Assembly: GCA_965216785.1 (NCBI GenBank)
Contig: OZ244197.1
Span: 1,120,001-1,184,000 of the forward strand
DNA: 64,000 nucleotides
Direction: 5' to 3'
DNA from: Thermodesulfobacteriota bacterium
Lineage (GTDB): Bacteria; Desulfobacterota_D; UBA1144; Nemesobacterales; UBA2774
Shown: positions 20,770 to 30,513 of the stretch, piece after piece
How the letters are laid out: every line of letters begins with the position of its first letter
Numbering within the stretch: the stretch's first letter is position 1
Position numbers and translations under genes: made by a program
Notes under the pieces: generated by a model
Seen by the model: the letters and a program-made list of their open reading frames with translations, nothing else
What the model was told of the DNA's origin: nothing
The model's database searches: none

Positions 20770-22566
20770 ATGAATGCGGACAGCGAAAACTATTTAATTC
20801 CCATTGTGCTAGGCGTGTTGGCGGATAACGGCGTCGATGTCAACGATCAGATATTAGAGAAATTAATCACACCCCAGCTCGTTAAAATTAAAAATACATT
20901 TCCGAGCTCCCCGTTTTTCGTTATATCTCCCCTGGCTAATGATAAGGAGAGTCTGATAGCGCGTCTTGCCATAGACCGCTTGGATGCAGACATTGCAACA
21001 GCTTCTAAAGAGCCTGATGATAAACAGATCGAGATTTTTAAAATGGAACTTCAGAAAGGCGGTTACGCCCAATCTGATATTAAGAGGATAGGGCTGGCAA
21101 ATGAAGCGTCTAAAGGAAATAATCAAGTACTCAGTCCTTCAAAACTCACGGCCTCTCAATCTCAGATACTCATCGTGCTTAAAAACGGAGTAAAGGACAA
21201 AGCGCAGAGTGAAGTTGAAAGTGCCTTGGAGCTTAGAAATGAAGGGCGGTTCCACGAAATGTATTCCGGACGGGACAAAGATCAAAACACTTTAGATGCG
21301 CCGGATCTCGGACTCACTATCACGATCAACCCGGCGACATTTGATATTAGCACACAGATAACCCCGGTACAGGACGAGGCGCCGGAATCTCAAGAGCTGA
21401 AAAAAATAAATACGACATTTACCGAGAAGCTGTCTTTTGCTTTTAATAGGCATATTGAGCGCGTGACCGGGGTATTTGATAGATTCTATACCTCTTACAT
21501 CGAAATTCCGGATGACGGTGATAAGGACAGGCTTGCCAGATCGCCGTTTGTTGAAATCGCCGAGAAAATAGACGGCTATAATAAAGATGTTGCCGGTTTT
21601 ATAGAATCCAAAGGTGTCGAGACGGCACAACAATCCAAGGATTATTTACTTTCAGACGAGCGGGATAATCCAATTATATCGGAAGATCCCACCGTAGAGA
21701 AAATTATAGCTCCTTACAGCGGGGCCGATGTGCTTTCTCAGTTCTATCAAAAGAAAACCAACACTTATATAAACTGGATTTATATTCTTTTTTTCGCGGC
21801 TGTACTCCTATACGGAATTATCGATTTAAACTACTATCTGGTGCTGTGCTATATAGCCCTGATACCTGCGATCGCGTTTCTTGTGTACCGCTCTAAGGCT
21901 GAGAAAATCGAGGACAGATTCCTTGATTACAGGGCGCTTGCCGAGGGACTCAGGGTTATGGTGTTCTGGAGGATTGCCGGCATTGATGAGAGGGTCTCCG
22001 ACAACTATTTGAGTAAATACGCGGGCTTGGTTTCTTGGATAAGCCGCGCTATTAAGAATGTAGAGGTTGTCGGCCTTACAAATGGAGCAGGCCGTATAGA
22101 GAACAAAAAAGAGCGCGTAGAGATTACGAATAAACTGTGGATCGAATCACAGCTTGAGTACTATAGAAGGAAAAGAAATCCGCTCTATATGCGCTCTCTC
22201 GATCTGGGCAACCTGGCGCTTGTATCGTTCGTTCTCACACTCTTATTCGCGCTTTTGTTCGGCATATACCTTCTTTTTGCAGGTTTAGGCAACGACGGGG
22301 CGATAACAAGGTTTGAGGTTATGATAGGCGCTGCCGCCGCGATCGGTGTAGCCGCTCAGGCGTATAAGAGTAAAAAGGCGTATGACGAGCTTGAAAGACG
22401 CTATACTCTGACTCAGCATATATATATGTCCGCAAGTAAAAAGCTTAAGACGAACGCAGGCTCTCCGGACAGTATCCTCATTGCGGTAGGTAAAGAGGCG
22501 CTCCTTGAGAATAGCGACTGGCTCTGGACCCATAGGAATCTGCCGATCGAGCTGCCAAAGGGGTAG
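20770..22566 (+). CDS. Degenerate SLOG + tandem SLATT (DUF4231-like) membrane protein
   Basis: Likely start is ATG 20770; IPIVLGV..VISPLA..QILIVL SLOG scaffold; two TM pairs; FLDYRALAEGLR, QLEYY, ENSDW. Confidence 0.7.
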   Translation: MNADSENYLIPIVLGVLADNGVDVNDQILEKLITPQLVKIKNTFPSSPFFVISPLANDKESLIARLAIDRLDADIATASKEPDDKQIEIFKMELQKGGYAQSDIKRIGLANEASKGNNQVLSPSKLTASQSQILIVLKNGVKDKAQSEVESALELRNEGRFHEMYSGRDKDQNTLDAPDLGLTITINPATFDISTQITPVQDEAPESQELKKINTTFTEKLSFAFNRHIERVTGVFDRFYTSYIEIPDDGDKDRLARSPFVEIAEKIDGYNKDVAGFIESKGVETAQQSKDYLLSDERDNPIISEDPTVEKIIAPYSGADVLSQFYQKKTNTYINWIYILFFAAVLLYGIIDLNYYLVLCYIALIPAIAFLVYRSKAEKIEDRFLDYRALAEGLRVMVFWRIAGIDERVSDNYLSKYAGLVSWISRAIKNVEVVGLTNGAGRIENKKERVEITNKLWIESQLEYYRRKRNPLYMRSLDLGNLALVSFVLTLLFALLFGIYLLFAGLGNDGAITRFEVMIGAAAAIGVAAQAYKSKKAYDELERRYTLTQHIYMSASKKLKTNAGSPDSILIAVGKEALLENSDWLWTHRNLPIELPKG

Positions 22567-22593
22567 GTAGAGAAAGAAAGGATTGAGTATTCA

Positions 22594-24387
22594 ATGAGTA
22601 AACAAATAAAAACGCCTCCGAAAGTTGCGCTTACGCTAAGAGTCGGCGTGACAGGTCACCGACCTCAAGGACTCGAAAGTTCGGACCTCCTATCACTCCG
22701 CTCAAAGCTGGATCATGTCCTTAGTGAGTTAAAACGAATTTTGCATGAGATCAATAATACTCCTAGCATGTACACGCCAGGGGATCCGCTGCTTAGAATT
22801 ATATCTCCACTAGCAGAAGGCGCCGATATGCTGGTCGCCGAGACTGCGCTGGAGAGCGGGTTTGAGCTGCAGTGCGCAATTCCCTTTGAAAGAGAAGAAT
22901 ATCAGAAGGATTTTCACAGTCCGGATTCGATACGCATGTACAGGGATATGCTGGAACGAGCAACGGCGGTTTTCGAGCTTAACGGCTCGCGCCGCACAAA
23001 GGCGCTTGAGAATGAGTCCTACCAGGCGGTGGGAAGGATGGTGCTCAACCAAAGCGATGTAATTATAGCCGTATGGGACGGAAAAGAGGCCAGGGGAAAA
23101 GGCGGGACCGGGCAGATCGTCAAAGAGGCAACGCAGCTTGAGATTCCCGTCATCTGGATAGATACGGCGCCTGAGCATGAGATACGCGTCCTTACGGGGA
23201 ATGAATACGGAACGAGTGAGGGAGAAGACCTGGATGGTCTCGACAGGAAGTTAAAACAACTGCTGGCGCCTAATAGCCTGAATGATGTTGAGATTAGAAA
23301 CGCTTATTTTGAAGAAACTCAGCCCCAAAGGTCTTGGGGGGTCATATTCGAGGTTTTTTGTGATTTCTTTTCAGGTGATAAGATAGACGCAAGCGGGGTA
23401 CATGTAAAAAACTTTGAGAAAAAGACGAGAGAAGAATGGCGGCACTCAAATGGCTATTCCGATGAGAATTCTCAGTCCGCTGAATTCCTCAATAATATGG
23501 AAGAGCAGGTGGACGAGAAACTTCTCCTTCATTACAGCTGGGCGGATAATCTGGCGAATTATTACTCAAACGTCTACAGGAGCTCTTTTGTCGGCAACTA
23601 TTTGTTGGCGGGGCTAGCCGTATTATTCGCACTATTAGCCGTAACTGTTCCCTCCTATGAAAAAGTATGGATTACAATAGAGCTGCTTATTATCGTATCG
23701 ATACTGGCTGTAACAAGAATCGGGAACCAAAGGAAATGGCACGAAAGGTGGATTGACTACAGGTTGTTATCAGAGGAGATAAGGCAGCTCAGGTTCCTGG
23801 CCCCGCTTGGATTAACGACCCCGGCGTTCAGGGTTCCCGCACACGATACTCACGGTGATCCCAGGAATACCTGGGTGAATTGGCATTTCAGAGCTATAGT
23901 GAGAAATCTGGGGATAATAACGGCAAGAATTAATAAGGAGTATCTGGAGTCCTACAGATCACTACTATCCGGGCGTGAAGTTAAGGGACAGATAGGATAC
24001 CACGATAAGAACTATCCGCGTTTCCATGAAATTCATAAAAGGCTCCATTACCTGGGTAATGCATTATTTGTCTTAACCTTCTTTGCAGTGCTTTTACATT
24101 TTTTGTTTTCCTCGGAGTGGCTTACTCTTTGCGCCGCGGTGTTTCCGGCCTTTGGAGCCGCGTTCTACGGGATCAGGACTCAGGGGGAGTTTGAGCAGAT
24201 TGCCAAGCGGTCCCGGGCAATGAGCGCTAAGCTAAAAGATATAAAGGAAGAGCTCGATAGTCCCAGCTTTACTCCGTCATATGGTGATATGTCTTTAATA
24301 GCAGAAAATACTGCAGAGATTATATCTTCGGAAACTCTTGATTGGAGAATTGTATTTCAGTCGAAAAGGTTGGTGTTGCCCGTATAA
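22594..24387 (+). CDS. SLOG + tandem SLATT (DUF4231-like) membrane protein
   Basis: RVGVTGHR, SPLAEGAD, SDVIIAVWDG...GGTG SLOG motifs; WIDYRLLSEEIR, GQIGYH, SETLDW; two TM pairs. Confidence 0.78.
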   Translation: MSKQIKTPPKVALTLRVGVTGHRPQGLESSDLLSLRSKLDHVLSELKRILHEINNTPSMYTPGDPLLRIISPLAEGADMLVAETALESGFELQCAIPFEREEYQKDFHSPDSIRMYRDMLERATAVFELNGSRRTKALENESYQAVGRMVLNQSDVIIAVWDGKEARGKGGTGQIVKEATQLEIPVIWIDTAPEHEIRVLTGNEYGTSEGEDLDGLDRKLKQLLAPNSLNDVEIRNAYFEETQPQRSWGVIFEVFCDFFSGDKIDASGVHVKNFEKKTREEWRHSNGYSDENSQSAEFLNNMEEQVDEKLLLHYSWADNLANYYSNVYRSSFVGNYLLAGLAVLFALLAVTVPSYEKVWITIELLIIVSILAVTRIGNQRKWHERWIDYRLLSEEIRQLRFLAPLGLTTPAFRVPAHDTHGDPRNTWVNWHFRAIVRNLGIITARINKEYLESYRSLLSGREVKGQIGYHDKNYPRFHEIHKRLHYLGNALFVLTFFAVLLHFLFSSEWLTLCAAVFPAFGAAFYGIRTQGEFEQIAKRSRAMSAKLKDIKEELDSPSFTPSYGDMSLIAENTAEIISSETLDWRIVFQSKRLVLPV

Positions 24388-24429
24388 TCAATCGCTGATA
24401 TAATCCTGATTTAGTTATTGTTTAGGTAG

Positions 24430-25743
24430 ATGGGAACAAAAATGGCACACGACGTATTCATAAGTCACTCGGGAAAAGATAAGACTGTTGCAGACGCCGT
24501 CTGCGCGACGTTGGAAAGAGGCGGTACCCGGTGCTGGATTGCGCCTAGGGACATAGTGCCCGGCACACAGTGGGGCGAGGCCATTATCGACGCCATAAGT
24601 CACTGTAAGGTGATGGTGCTCGTTTTTTCCTCTAACGCAAACGAATCGCAGCAAATTGTTCGTGAGGTCGAAAGGGCAGTCAATAAAGGCATACCCGTTA
24701 TACCCTTTCGGGTCGAAGACGTAGACCCGAATAAGTCGCTTGAATACTACATCAGCGCCCCTCACTGGCTCGATGCACTGACACCCCCGCTTGAAAAACA
24801 CATTGAGCAGCTTAACTCAACTATTAAGCTTCTCCTTTCCAAGCAGGAAGCGGCGGCTGGACCAACTGAGACCATACGGAGCGAGCCTGAACCCACTCAA
24901 ACTGAAACCGATATTCGTAGTGATAAAATCGAGACCATACGTGAACCATATCAGGATAAAGGAGGGCGTAAACAAGGTTTTAATCCAAAGTTAATTGGAG
25001 GCGGTATTGCTGTGTTGCTGCTCATCATTATAGGGTTTTTAGTGTTCTCTGGTGATGAAGGCGATAATTTCGGCACGAATGACGATGTAATAACTACTGA
25101 ACATGATACTTTTACAGATGACGGCAAGATGTGGGGAGCGCTTGCTCTCACCCCTAGCGGCGGATGGGGATTCGCGACGAATCAGCCCTCAAAGCGTGCG
25201 GCTGAGCAAGAAGCCATGGTAAAGTGCAGCAGTCAGAACCCTGACTGTGAGCTGAAGATATCATTTGATAACTGCATGGTCTACGCAAGGGCCGCGGACA
25301 GGACTACGGCCTGGGGGACTCATGAAAATATCGATACGGCAAGGGAGGCGGCTGTGAGTAAGTGTCACGAGTTCACTGCCGACACGTGCGGCTCGCACGT
25401 CGAGCTCTGTGCGGATGGGAGCGTGAAGAGGGTAAACGTATGGGGAGCAATCGCTACCGCTGACGAAGGTAAGCACGGAGAGTCTTGGAATTATCCCACC
25501 AGGGCGGAAGCAGAAGCTGCGGCCTTAGAGGAGTGCCAAAAAGAAGGACCCAACTGTTTGCTCAGAACGTCTTTTACCAATTGTGCCGCTGTAGCCAGGG
25601 GGGATGACGGCGCTCTAGGATGGGCCAATTACAATTACATGGACGATGCCGTAAACGCTGCCTATAAAGAATGTGAAAAGCGGAGTAAGGAAGAATGCCG
25701 CCTACTCATAAAGATCTGCGCCAACGGCAAAGAAGACAACTAA
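24430..25743 (+). CDS. TIR domain - TM helix - two DUF4189-like Cys-rich domains
   Basis: HDVFISHS...CWIAPRDI...VREVERA TIR; TM LIGGGIAVLLLIIIGFLVF; two repeats WGA(L/I)A...AE.EA...C...C. Confidence 0.82.
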   Translation: MGTKMAHDVFISHSGKDKTVADAVCATLERGGTRCWIAPRDIVPGTQWGEAIIDAISHCKVMVLVFSSNANESQQIVREVERAVNKGIPVIPFRVEDVDPNKSLEYYISAPHWLDALTPPLEKHIEQLNSTIKLLLSKQEAAAGPTETIRSEPEPTQTETDIRSDKIETIREPYQDKGGRKQGFNPKLIGGGIAVLLLIIIGFLVFSGDEGDNFGTNDDVITTEHDTFTDDGKMWGALALTPSGGWGFATNQPSKRAAEQEAMVKCSSQNPDCELKISFDNCMVYARAADRTTAWGTHENIDTAREAAVSKCHEFTADTCGSHVELCADGSVKRVNVWGAIATADEGKHGESWNYPTRAEAEAAALEECQKEGPNCLLRTSFTNCAAVARGDDGALGWANYNYMDDAVNAAYKECEKRSKEECRLLIKICANGKEDN

Positions 25744-25811
25744 GCTGTAAACTGTCTTACCCCATCACTTAATTTAAATCTCATTTCAAAATTTCTGAGA
25801 ATAAATCCAAA

Positions 25812-26615
25812 CTATTCCACTGAGTTCTTAAAATTCACCACATTCATTATTACCTCGGGGGAGTTGCGGCCGTTTTCATATCCGACGTATCTTATCCAGC
25901 TATGGGGCGGGGCTACAGTGAACCAGAAGTAAGTCTTAGGGAAAAATACCTTAAACACTCCGAGCACTCCTAGCTTGGGGACAAGCTCGACCTTGTAGCA
26001 TTCGACATCGCCCTCGGGGGTGCTGAGTGTTTCAATTCCCTTTAGCTTGAATTCCACATTGTAAAGCTCTGGCTCGTTCGATAAAAATCCAGCCTTAACT
26101 TTGTCTCCGCTTTGGAAGGGAAAAGTGCGAAGGGCCATAAAAACGCCCTCTACTATCAGGGTTTCAGGTGTAAAATCAAAAGTTTCCGTAAGTGATCCTA
26201 CTCCATCTGCGTTATTTCTTACAAATGTCGCTGTTCCGAGCTCCAAATCGAGGGTCTTTTTGTCGGTGTTGATGATTTCCCCGCGCGTGTTTTTAACTGT
26301 GCTATTGGTGCTTATCGGATAAAAAGAGTCCTGAGCTTTAAATATTGACTCCGATACCCAAGTTGCGTTTTCAGAGAAAGGATACAAAAGCCCTTTTCCC
26401 GTAAATGTCAGCTTTAAAAAGTTCTCTCCGTTCTGCGTGAATTGCTCGGCGGTCCAGTCGGCAGTCCACTTCGTGCCCCCCTCTTTGTAGTCAACTATCA
26501 TCGTCCCGCTCTCCTTTGGGCTCATAGGCGGGACTTTAAACGGCTCGGCACGCACCGCTAGTACAGACAAAAGGAGTGCTGCGGTAAGGGATAAATAAAA
26601 TGATTTTAGTCTCAT
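25812..26615 (-). CDS. Secreted hypothetical protein (DUF3108-like)
   Basis: Signal peptide; ETLSTPEGDVECYKVEL motif. Confidence 0.6.
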   Translation of the reverse strand: MRLKSFYLSLTAALLLSVLAVRAEPFKVPPMSPKESGTMIVDYKEGGTKWTADWTAEQFTQNGENFLKLTFTGKGLLYPFSENATWVSESIFKAQDSFYPISTNSTVKNTRGEIINTDKKTLDLELGTATFVRNNADGVGSLTETFDFTPETLIVEGVFMALRTFPFQSGDKVKAGFLSNEPELYNVEFKLKGIETLSTPEGDVECYKVELVPKLGVLGVFKVFFPKTYFWFTVAPPHSWIRYVGYENGRNSPEVIMNVVNFKNSVE

Positions 26616-26836
26616 AGTCAGATTCCTCTCAAGAGATTATAAATTTTAAATACTGATTTTGCGAATAAATCCTGGGTGTTTTGGTAATATCCAATTAAAA
26701 ATGCTAATATGTCACAGATAAATACGCGCTTTTGCGTGACTTTGGTTCTCTGGTTTAACATTCGATCGATAAAACTATCTTGCTATAACGTAACGTAAGT
26801 TAAAGCAGCGGTCACAAAGCTGATCAGGAGACGGAT

Positions 26837-28066
26837 ATGAACAAGCAGTTCGGAGGTAATTATCTTATCTTCGGCATAATTATAGGAGTCCTGCTGGGTG
26901 GGTTAGTAGGATCGTTTTTCCCCGAAACAGGGGTTATGCTCGGGTTTTTAGGTACGCTCTTTTTAAACGCGCTCAAGATGATTGTGCTCCCGCTTATCAT
27001 CGTTTCCATTACTCTCAGTATTATGAAAGTTGGTAACCTCGGCTCCCTTGGTGTGAAGACCCTCATCTACTATCTGTTTACAACATGCATTGCAGTATTT
27101 ATCGGTATCCTTGTCGTCAATATGATTCATCCGGGTGTAGGCTCGGCGGTCTTGAGTGGCGAGATGCCCGATATTGTTAAAGCTAAGGAAAACATGAGTC
27201 TCTTTGACGTGTTACTCCTAAAGTTCATATCTCCGAATCTTTTTAATTCTGCTGAGGAGTTTGAGATACTCCCTCTTATCATCGCATCAATTTTGTTCGG
27301 AGCGGCGTTTGCCGCGCTTGGCAGAGAGAGCAAGCTCATCGAGGATATTTTCACTATATTAGACAAGGCTATAATGAAGATCATACACTGGATAATGATC
27401 TTTACTCCAGTTGGAATATTCGGGCTCATAGCAGAGCGAATAGGCGTGTCGGGAGGCGGGACTGCGGTGCTCGAGCTTGCGATGGAGCTTGGCAAGTATG
27501 TGCTGAGTGTCGTGGTGGGTCTCGCAATACACGGTCTTATTGTTCTTCCCCTGATACTGTATTTATTTACCAAGAGGAACCCGCTTGGATTCGTAAAACA
27601 CTTAAGCAAGGCTCTCCTTACTGCTTTCTCCACCGCCTCGTCCTCCGCTACTCTTCCGCTTACAATGGAGGGAGTGATAGACGAAGCCAAGGTGAATCCG
27701 AAAGTGGGCAGGTTCGTGCTACCGCTCGGAGCAACGATTAATATGGACGGCACGGCGCTATATGAGGCTGTGGCCGTGATATTCATAGCACAGAGCTACG
27801 GTATTGACCTTAGTATCGCACAGATGGTCATAGTATTCTTCACGGCCACACTGGCCGCTATTGGGGCTGCGGGAATACCCGAGGCCGGGCTTGTCACCAT
27901 GGTTCTGGTTCTCCAGGCCGTGGGGCTTCCGCTCGAGGGCGTCGGGCTGATACTTGCCATAGACTGGCTGCTCGATCGTTTCAGGACAACTATCAATGTA
28001 TGGGGGGACTGCATCGGAGCAGCCGTAATTGAGCGCTTCGAAGGCGATGACAAAGAGACTCCATAA
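26837..28066 (+). CDS. Dicarboxylate/amino acid:cation symporter (GltP/DAACS family)
   Basis: TAFSTASSSATLP, PLGATINMDGTALY, DWLLDRFRTTINVWGD. Confidence 0.93.
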   Translation: MNKQFGGNYLIFGIIIGVLLGGLVGSFFPETGVMLGFLGTLFLNALKMIVLPLIIVSITLSIMKVGNLGSLGVKTLIYYLFTTCIAVFIGILVVNMIHPGVGSAVLSGEMPDIVKAKENMSLFDVLLLKFISPNLFNSAEEFEILPLIIASILFGAAFAALGRESKLIEDIFTILDKAIMKIIHWIMIFTPVGIFGLIAERIGVSGGGTAVLELAMELGKYVLSVVVGLAIHGLIVLPLILYLFTKRNPLGFVKHLSKALLTAFSTASSSATLPLTMEGVIDEAKVNPKVGRFVLPLGATINMDGTALYEAVAVIFIAQSYGIDLSIAQMVIVFFTATLAAIGAAGIPEAGLVTMVLVLQAVGLPLEGVGLILAIDWLLDRFRTTINVWGDCIGAAVIERFEGDDKETP

Positions 28067-28094
28067 TTTCAGGGCTGCCGCTTAGTTAACTATG

Positions 28095-28958
28095 TTATAG
28101 AGTGCGGGCTTCGAATGTATTACAGGAATTAATATCACCTGATTGTAATCCTATTTTAAACCACCTTACCCTTTGCTCGGAGCTTCCGTGCGTAAACGAA
28201 TCGGGAGTGACGTAGCCTCTTGACTGTTTTTGCAGACGGTCGTCCCCGATGCTGCTTGCGGCGTTTAAACCTTCTTCAATATCGCCCTCTTCCAATATGT
28301 CTCTTGCTTTGTCCGCGTTACTCGTCCAGACTCCCGCCAAGCAGTCTGCCTGAAGCTCCTGCATAACGGATAGCTTGTTGCCCTCAGCTTCGCTCAATCT
28401 CCTGCGTGCGTTATAAACCTGCTCTGAGATTCCAAGCAAATTCTGTACATGGTGTCCCACTTCGTGCGCAATGACGTATGCCTGGGCAAAATCTCCAGGC
28501 GCCCCAAGCTTGTATTTAAGATCTCTGTAGAAACTGAGGTCTATATATACCTTTTGGTCACGGGGACAATAGAATGGGCCCATAGCCGACTGGGCGAAGC
28601 CGCAAGCGGAATCAACAGCTCCTGAAAATAGCACTAGTCTTGGTTCTTGGTATTGTGAGTTAAATCCCCGGAAAAGCTCATTCCAGGTGTCTTCAGTGTC
28701 TGCGAGAACAACCGAAACAAAATCCGCAAGCTCGTCATTTTCCCCAGGACTTACACCTTGCTCGTAGGATGATGTAGAGACGCTATCGGTGTACGACCCG
28801 TCGTTGAGCAGTTTACTGGGGTCCGCGCCAAGGAGTATGGCAATCACGATAATTACTAAAAGCCCGATCCCGCCCCCTGCGGCTCTCCTGCCTCTCGGCA
28901 TTCTTACGTGCCTTCTATCCTCGACATTACCACTTCTTCTTCCTAATCTCCAGCGCAT
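28095..28958 (-). CDS. YpfJ-family neutral zinc metallopeptidase
   Basis: NVEDRR, GPFYCP, AHEVGHHVQ, ELQADC, SFTHGSSEQR. Confidence 0.92.
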   Translation of the reverse strand: MRWRLGRRSGNVEDRRHVRMPRGRRAAGGGIGLLVIIVIAILLGADPSKLLNDGSYTDSVSTSSYEQGVSPGENDELADFVSVVLADTEDTWNELFRGFNSQYQEPRLVLFSGAVDSACGFAQSAMGPFYCPRDQKVYIDLSFYRDLKYKLGAPGDFAQAYVIAHEVGHHVQNLLGISEQVYNARRRLSEAEGNKLSVMQELQADCLAGVWTSNADKARDILEEGDIEEGLNAASSIGDDRLQKQSRGYVTPDSFTHGSSEQRVRWFKIGLQSGDINSCNTFEARTL

Positions 28959-29122
28959 GTACCTGTCCTCACAATGTATTTTGTATGAGAACTTAACATA
29001 CTCTAATTCTGAAATCTATTCCAAATTCAAACTCGTTATCATTCGGCGCATACTTTGTTTGAAAGCACTCTCACCAGTCAGTAGAATTCACATTGGCTAA
29101 TACTAAAGGGACAGTATCGTAT

Positions 29123-29701
29123 ATGAACGGCAGACCAAAAGTGCTTTTTTCATGGAGCGGAGGTAAAGACAGTGCACTTGCTCTATATGAAATTCTCAAT
29201 TCCGGGGCATATGAGATTGAATCATTGATCACAACCGTGACGGTTGATTACGGCAGGGTAAGCATGCACGGATTCAGGACCGAGCTTCTTCACACTCAAG
29301 CCGGCTCTTTGAACATTCCGCTTGAAGAGGTTTATATTTCAAAGGACGCTTCAAACGAGGAGTATGAGTACAGTCTGACGGATACGCTTTCAAAGTACCG
29401 TGAAGAGGGGGTTAACAAAGTGGTGTTCGGGGACATCTTTCTACAGGATATTAAAGAGTACCGGGAGGCCCTCTTATCCGGCATAGGAATGGAATGCGTG
29501 TTTCCTATCTGGAAGAGGGACAGCTCGTTACTCGCCCGGAACTTTATTGAAGAGGGGTTTCGTGCGGTTATCGTATGTGTGGATACAGAGCAGCTGGACG
29601 CTTCTTTTTCAGGCCGGGAGTTTGATGAGAGTTTTCTTTCGGACCTGCCCTCAGGAGTCGATCCGTGCGGAGAAAACGGGGAGTTCCATACTTTTGTTTA
29701 A
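29123..29701 (+). pseudogene. Dph6/DUF71-like PP-loop ATP pyrophosphatase, 3'-truncated by element insertion
   Basis: SWSGGKDS, FGDIFL, DPCGENGEFHTFV then stop; lacks the YDGP... 32-aa tail present in the adjacent full copy. Confidence 0.85.
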
Positions 29702-29716
29702 GTAATGGTGTAACTC
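29681..29716. mobile_element. Probable attL of a serine-recombinase integrative element
   Basis: GAGTTCCATACTT-ttGTtt-AAGTaATGGtgtAACTC imperfect dyad exactly at the gene break; composition becomes AT-rich after it. Confidence 0.65.
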
Positions 29717-29836
29717 GCTAATTATACTGAACTATCTATTAAAAAATCATACCACATAATGATGAATTTAGCAAGCTGTTTTTTCAATCTTTAGGATATA
29801 ATATTTTAGATCATCATGACATGTCTTTGCTAGAGA

Positions 29837-30508
29837 TTAAGACGAGAAAATGTCACAGTAATAAAAACGTTCATCCCGTAAGACTATTTCGCCTAATCTG
29901 TGTTCGATTGGATTATTGAAGATCGGGCCATCGTAGGTGAAGGTATGAAATTCTCCGTTCTCTCCACAGGGATCAATTCCTGATGGAAGGTCATTCAAAA
30001 ACTGTTTATCGAATTCTCTTCCAACAAATTGCCCATCCAACTGGCTAGAATCAACACATACTATCACTGCTTTGAACCCAGTATCAATAAAGTTTTGAGC
30101 TAATTTAGCAGTATCTAATTTCCAAATTGGAAACAAACACTTCATCTCAATTTGTCCAAGAAGTGTTTCTCGATATTTCTTTATATCTTCTAGAAACAAA
30201 TCGCCAAATACCACCTGGCTAATACCGACCTCTTTAAATTTGTTTAGAACATCAATAAATCTATTTTCATATTCATCATTAGCAGCATTCTTCGAAATTA
30301 GAACCTTTTCAAGCGGAATATTCAAAGACTCCGCCTGTTGCTCGAGTAAATCAGTGCGTAAACCATGTATGCTGACTCTATCAAAATCACTCGTCACAGT
30401 AGTTATAAGAGATATAATTTCATATTTCCCGTTTTTTTGAATCTCATGTAGTGCTAAAGAGCTGTCCTTACCACCACTCCAGGAGAGTACTAAGGGCAAT
30501 TTTTTCAT
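29837..30508 (-). CDS. Dph6/DUF71-like PP-loop ATP pyrophosphatase, intact element-borne copy
   Basis: SWSGGKDS, FGDLFL, DPCGENGEFHTFTYDGPIF; AT-rich; starts 5 nt after the recombinase stop. Confidence 0.9.
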   Translation of the reverse strand: MKKLPLVLSWSGGKDSSLALHEIQKNGKYEIISLITTVTSDFDRVSIHGLRTDLLEQQAESLNIPLEKVLISKNAANDEYENRFIDVLNKFKEVGISQVVFGDLFLEDIKKYRETLLGQIEMKCLFPIWKLDTAKLAQNFIDTGFKAVIVCVDSSQLDGQFVGREFDKQFLNDLPSGIDPCGENGEFHTFTYDGPIFNNPIEHRLGEIVLRDERFYYCDIFSS

Positions 30509-30513
30509 CTAAA

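Noticed and set aside
29123-30508. Inverted Dph6 copies as a phase-variable inversion switch
   Set aside because: The copies are strongly diverged in DNA and base composition and only one att-like dyad is present; insertion plus replacement is simpler
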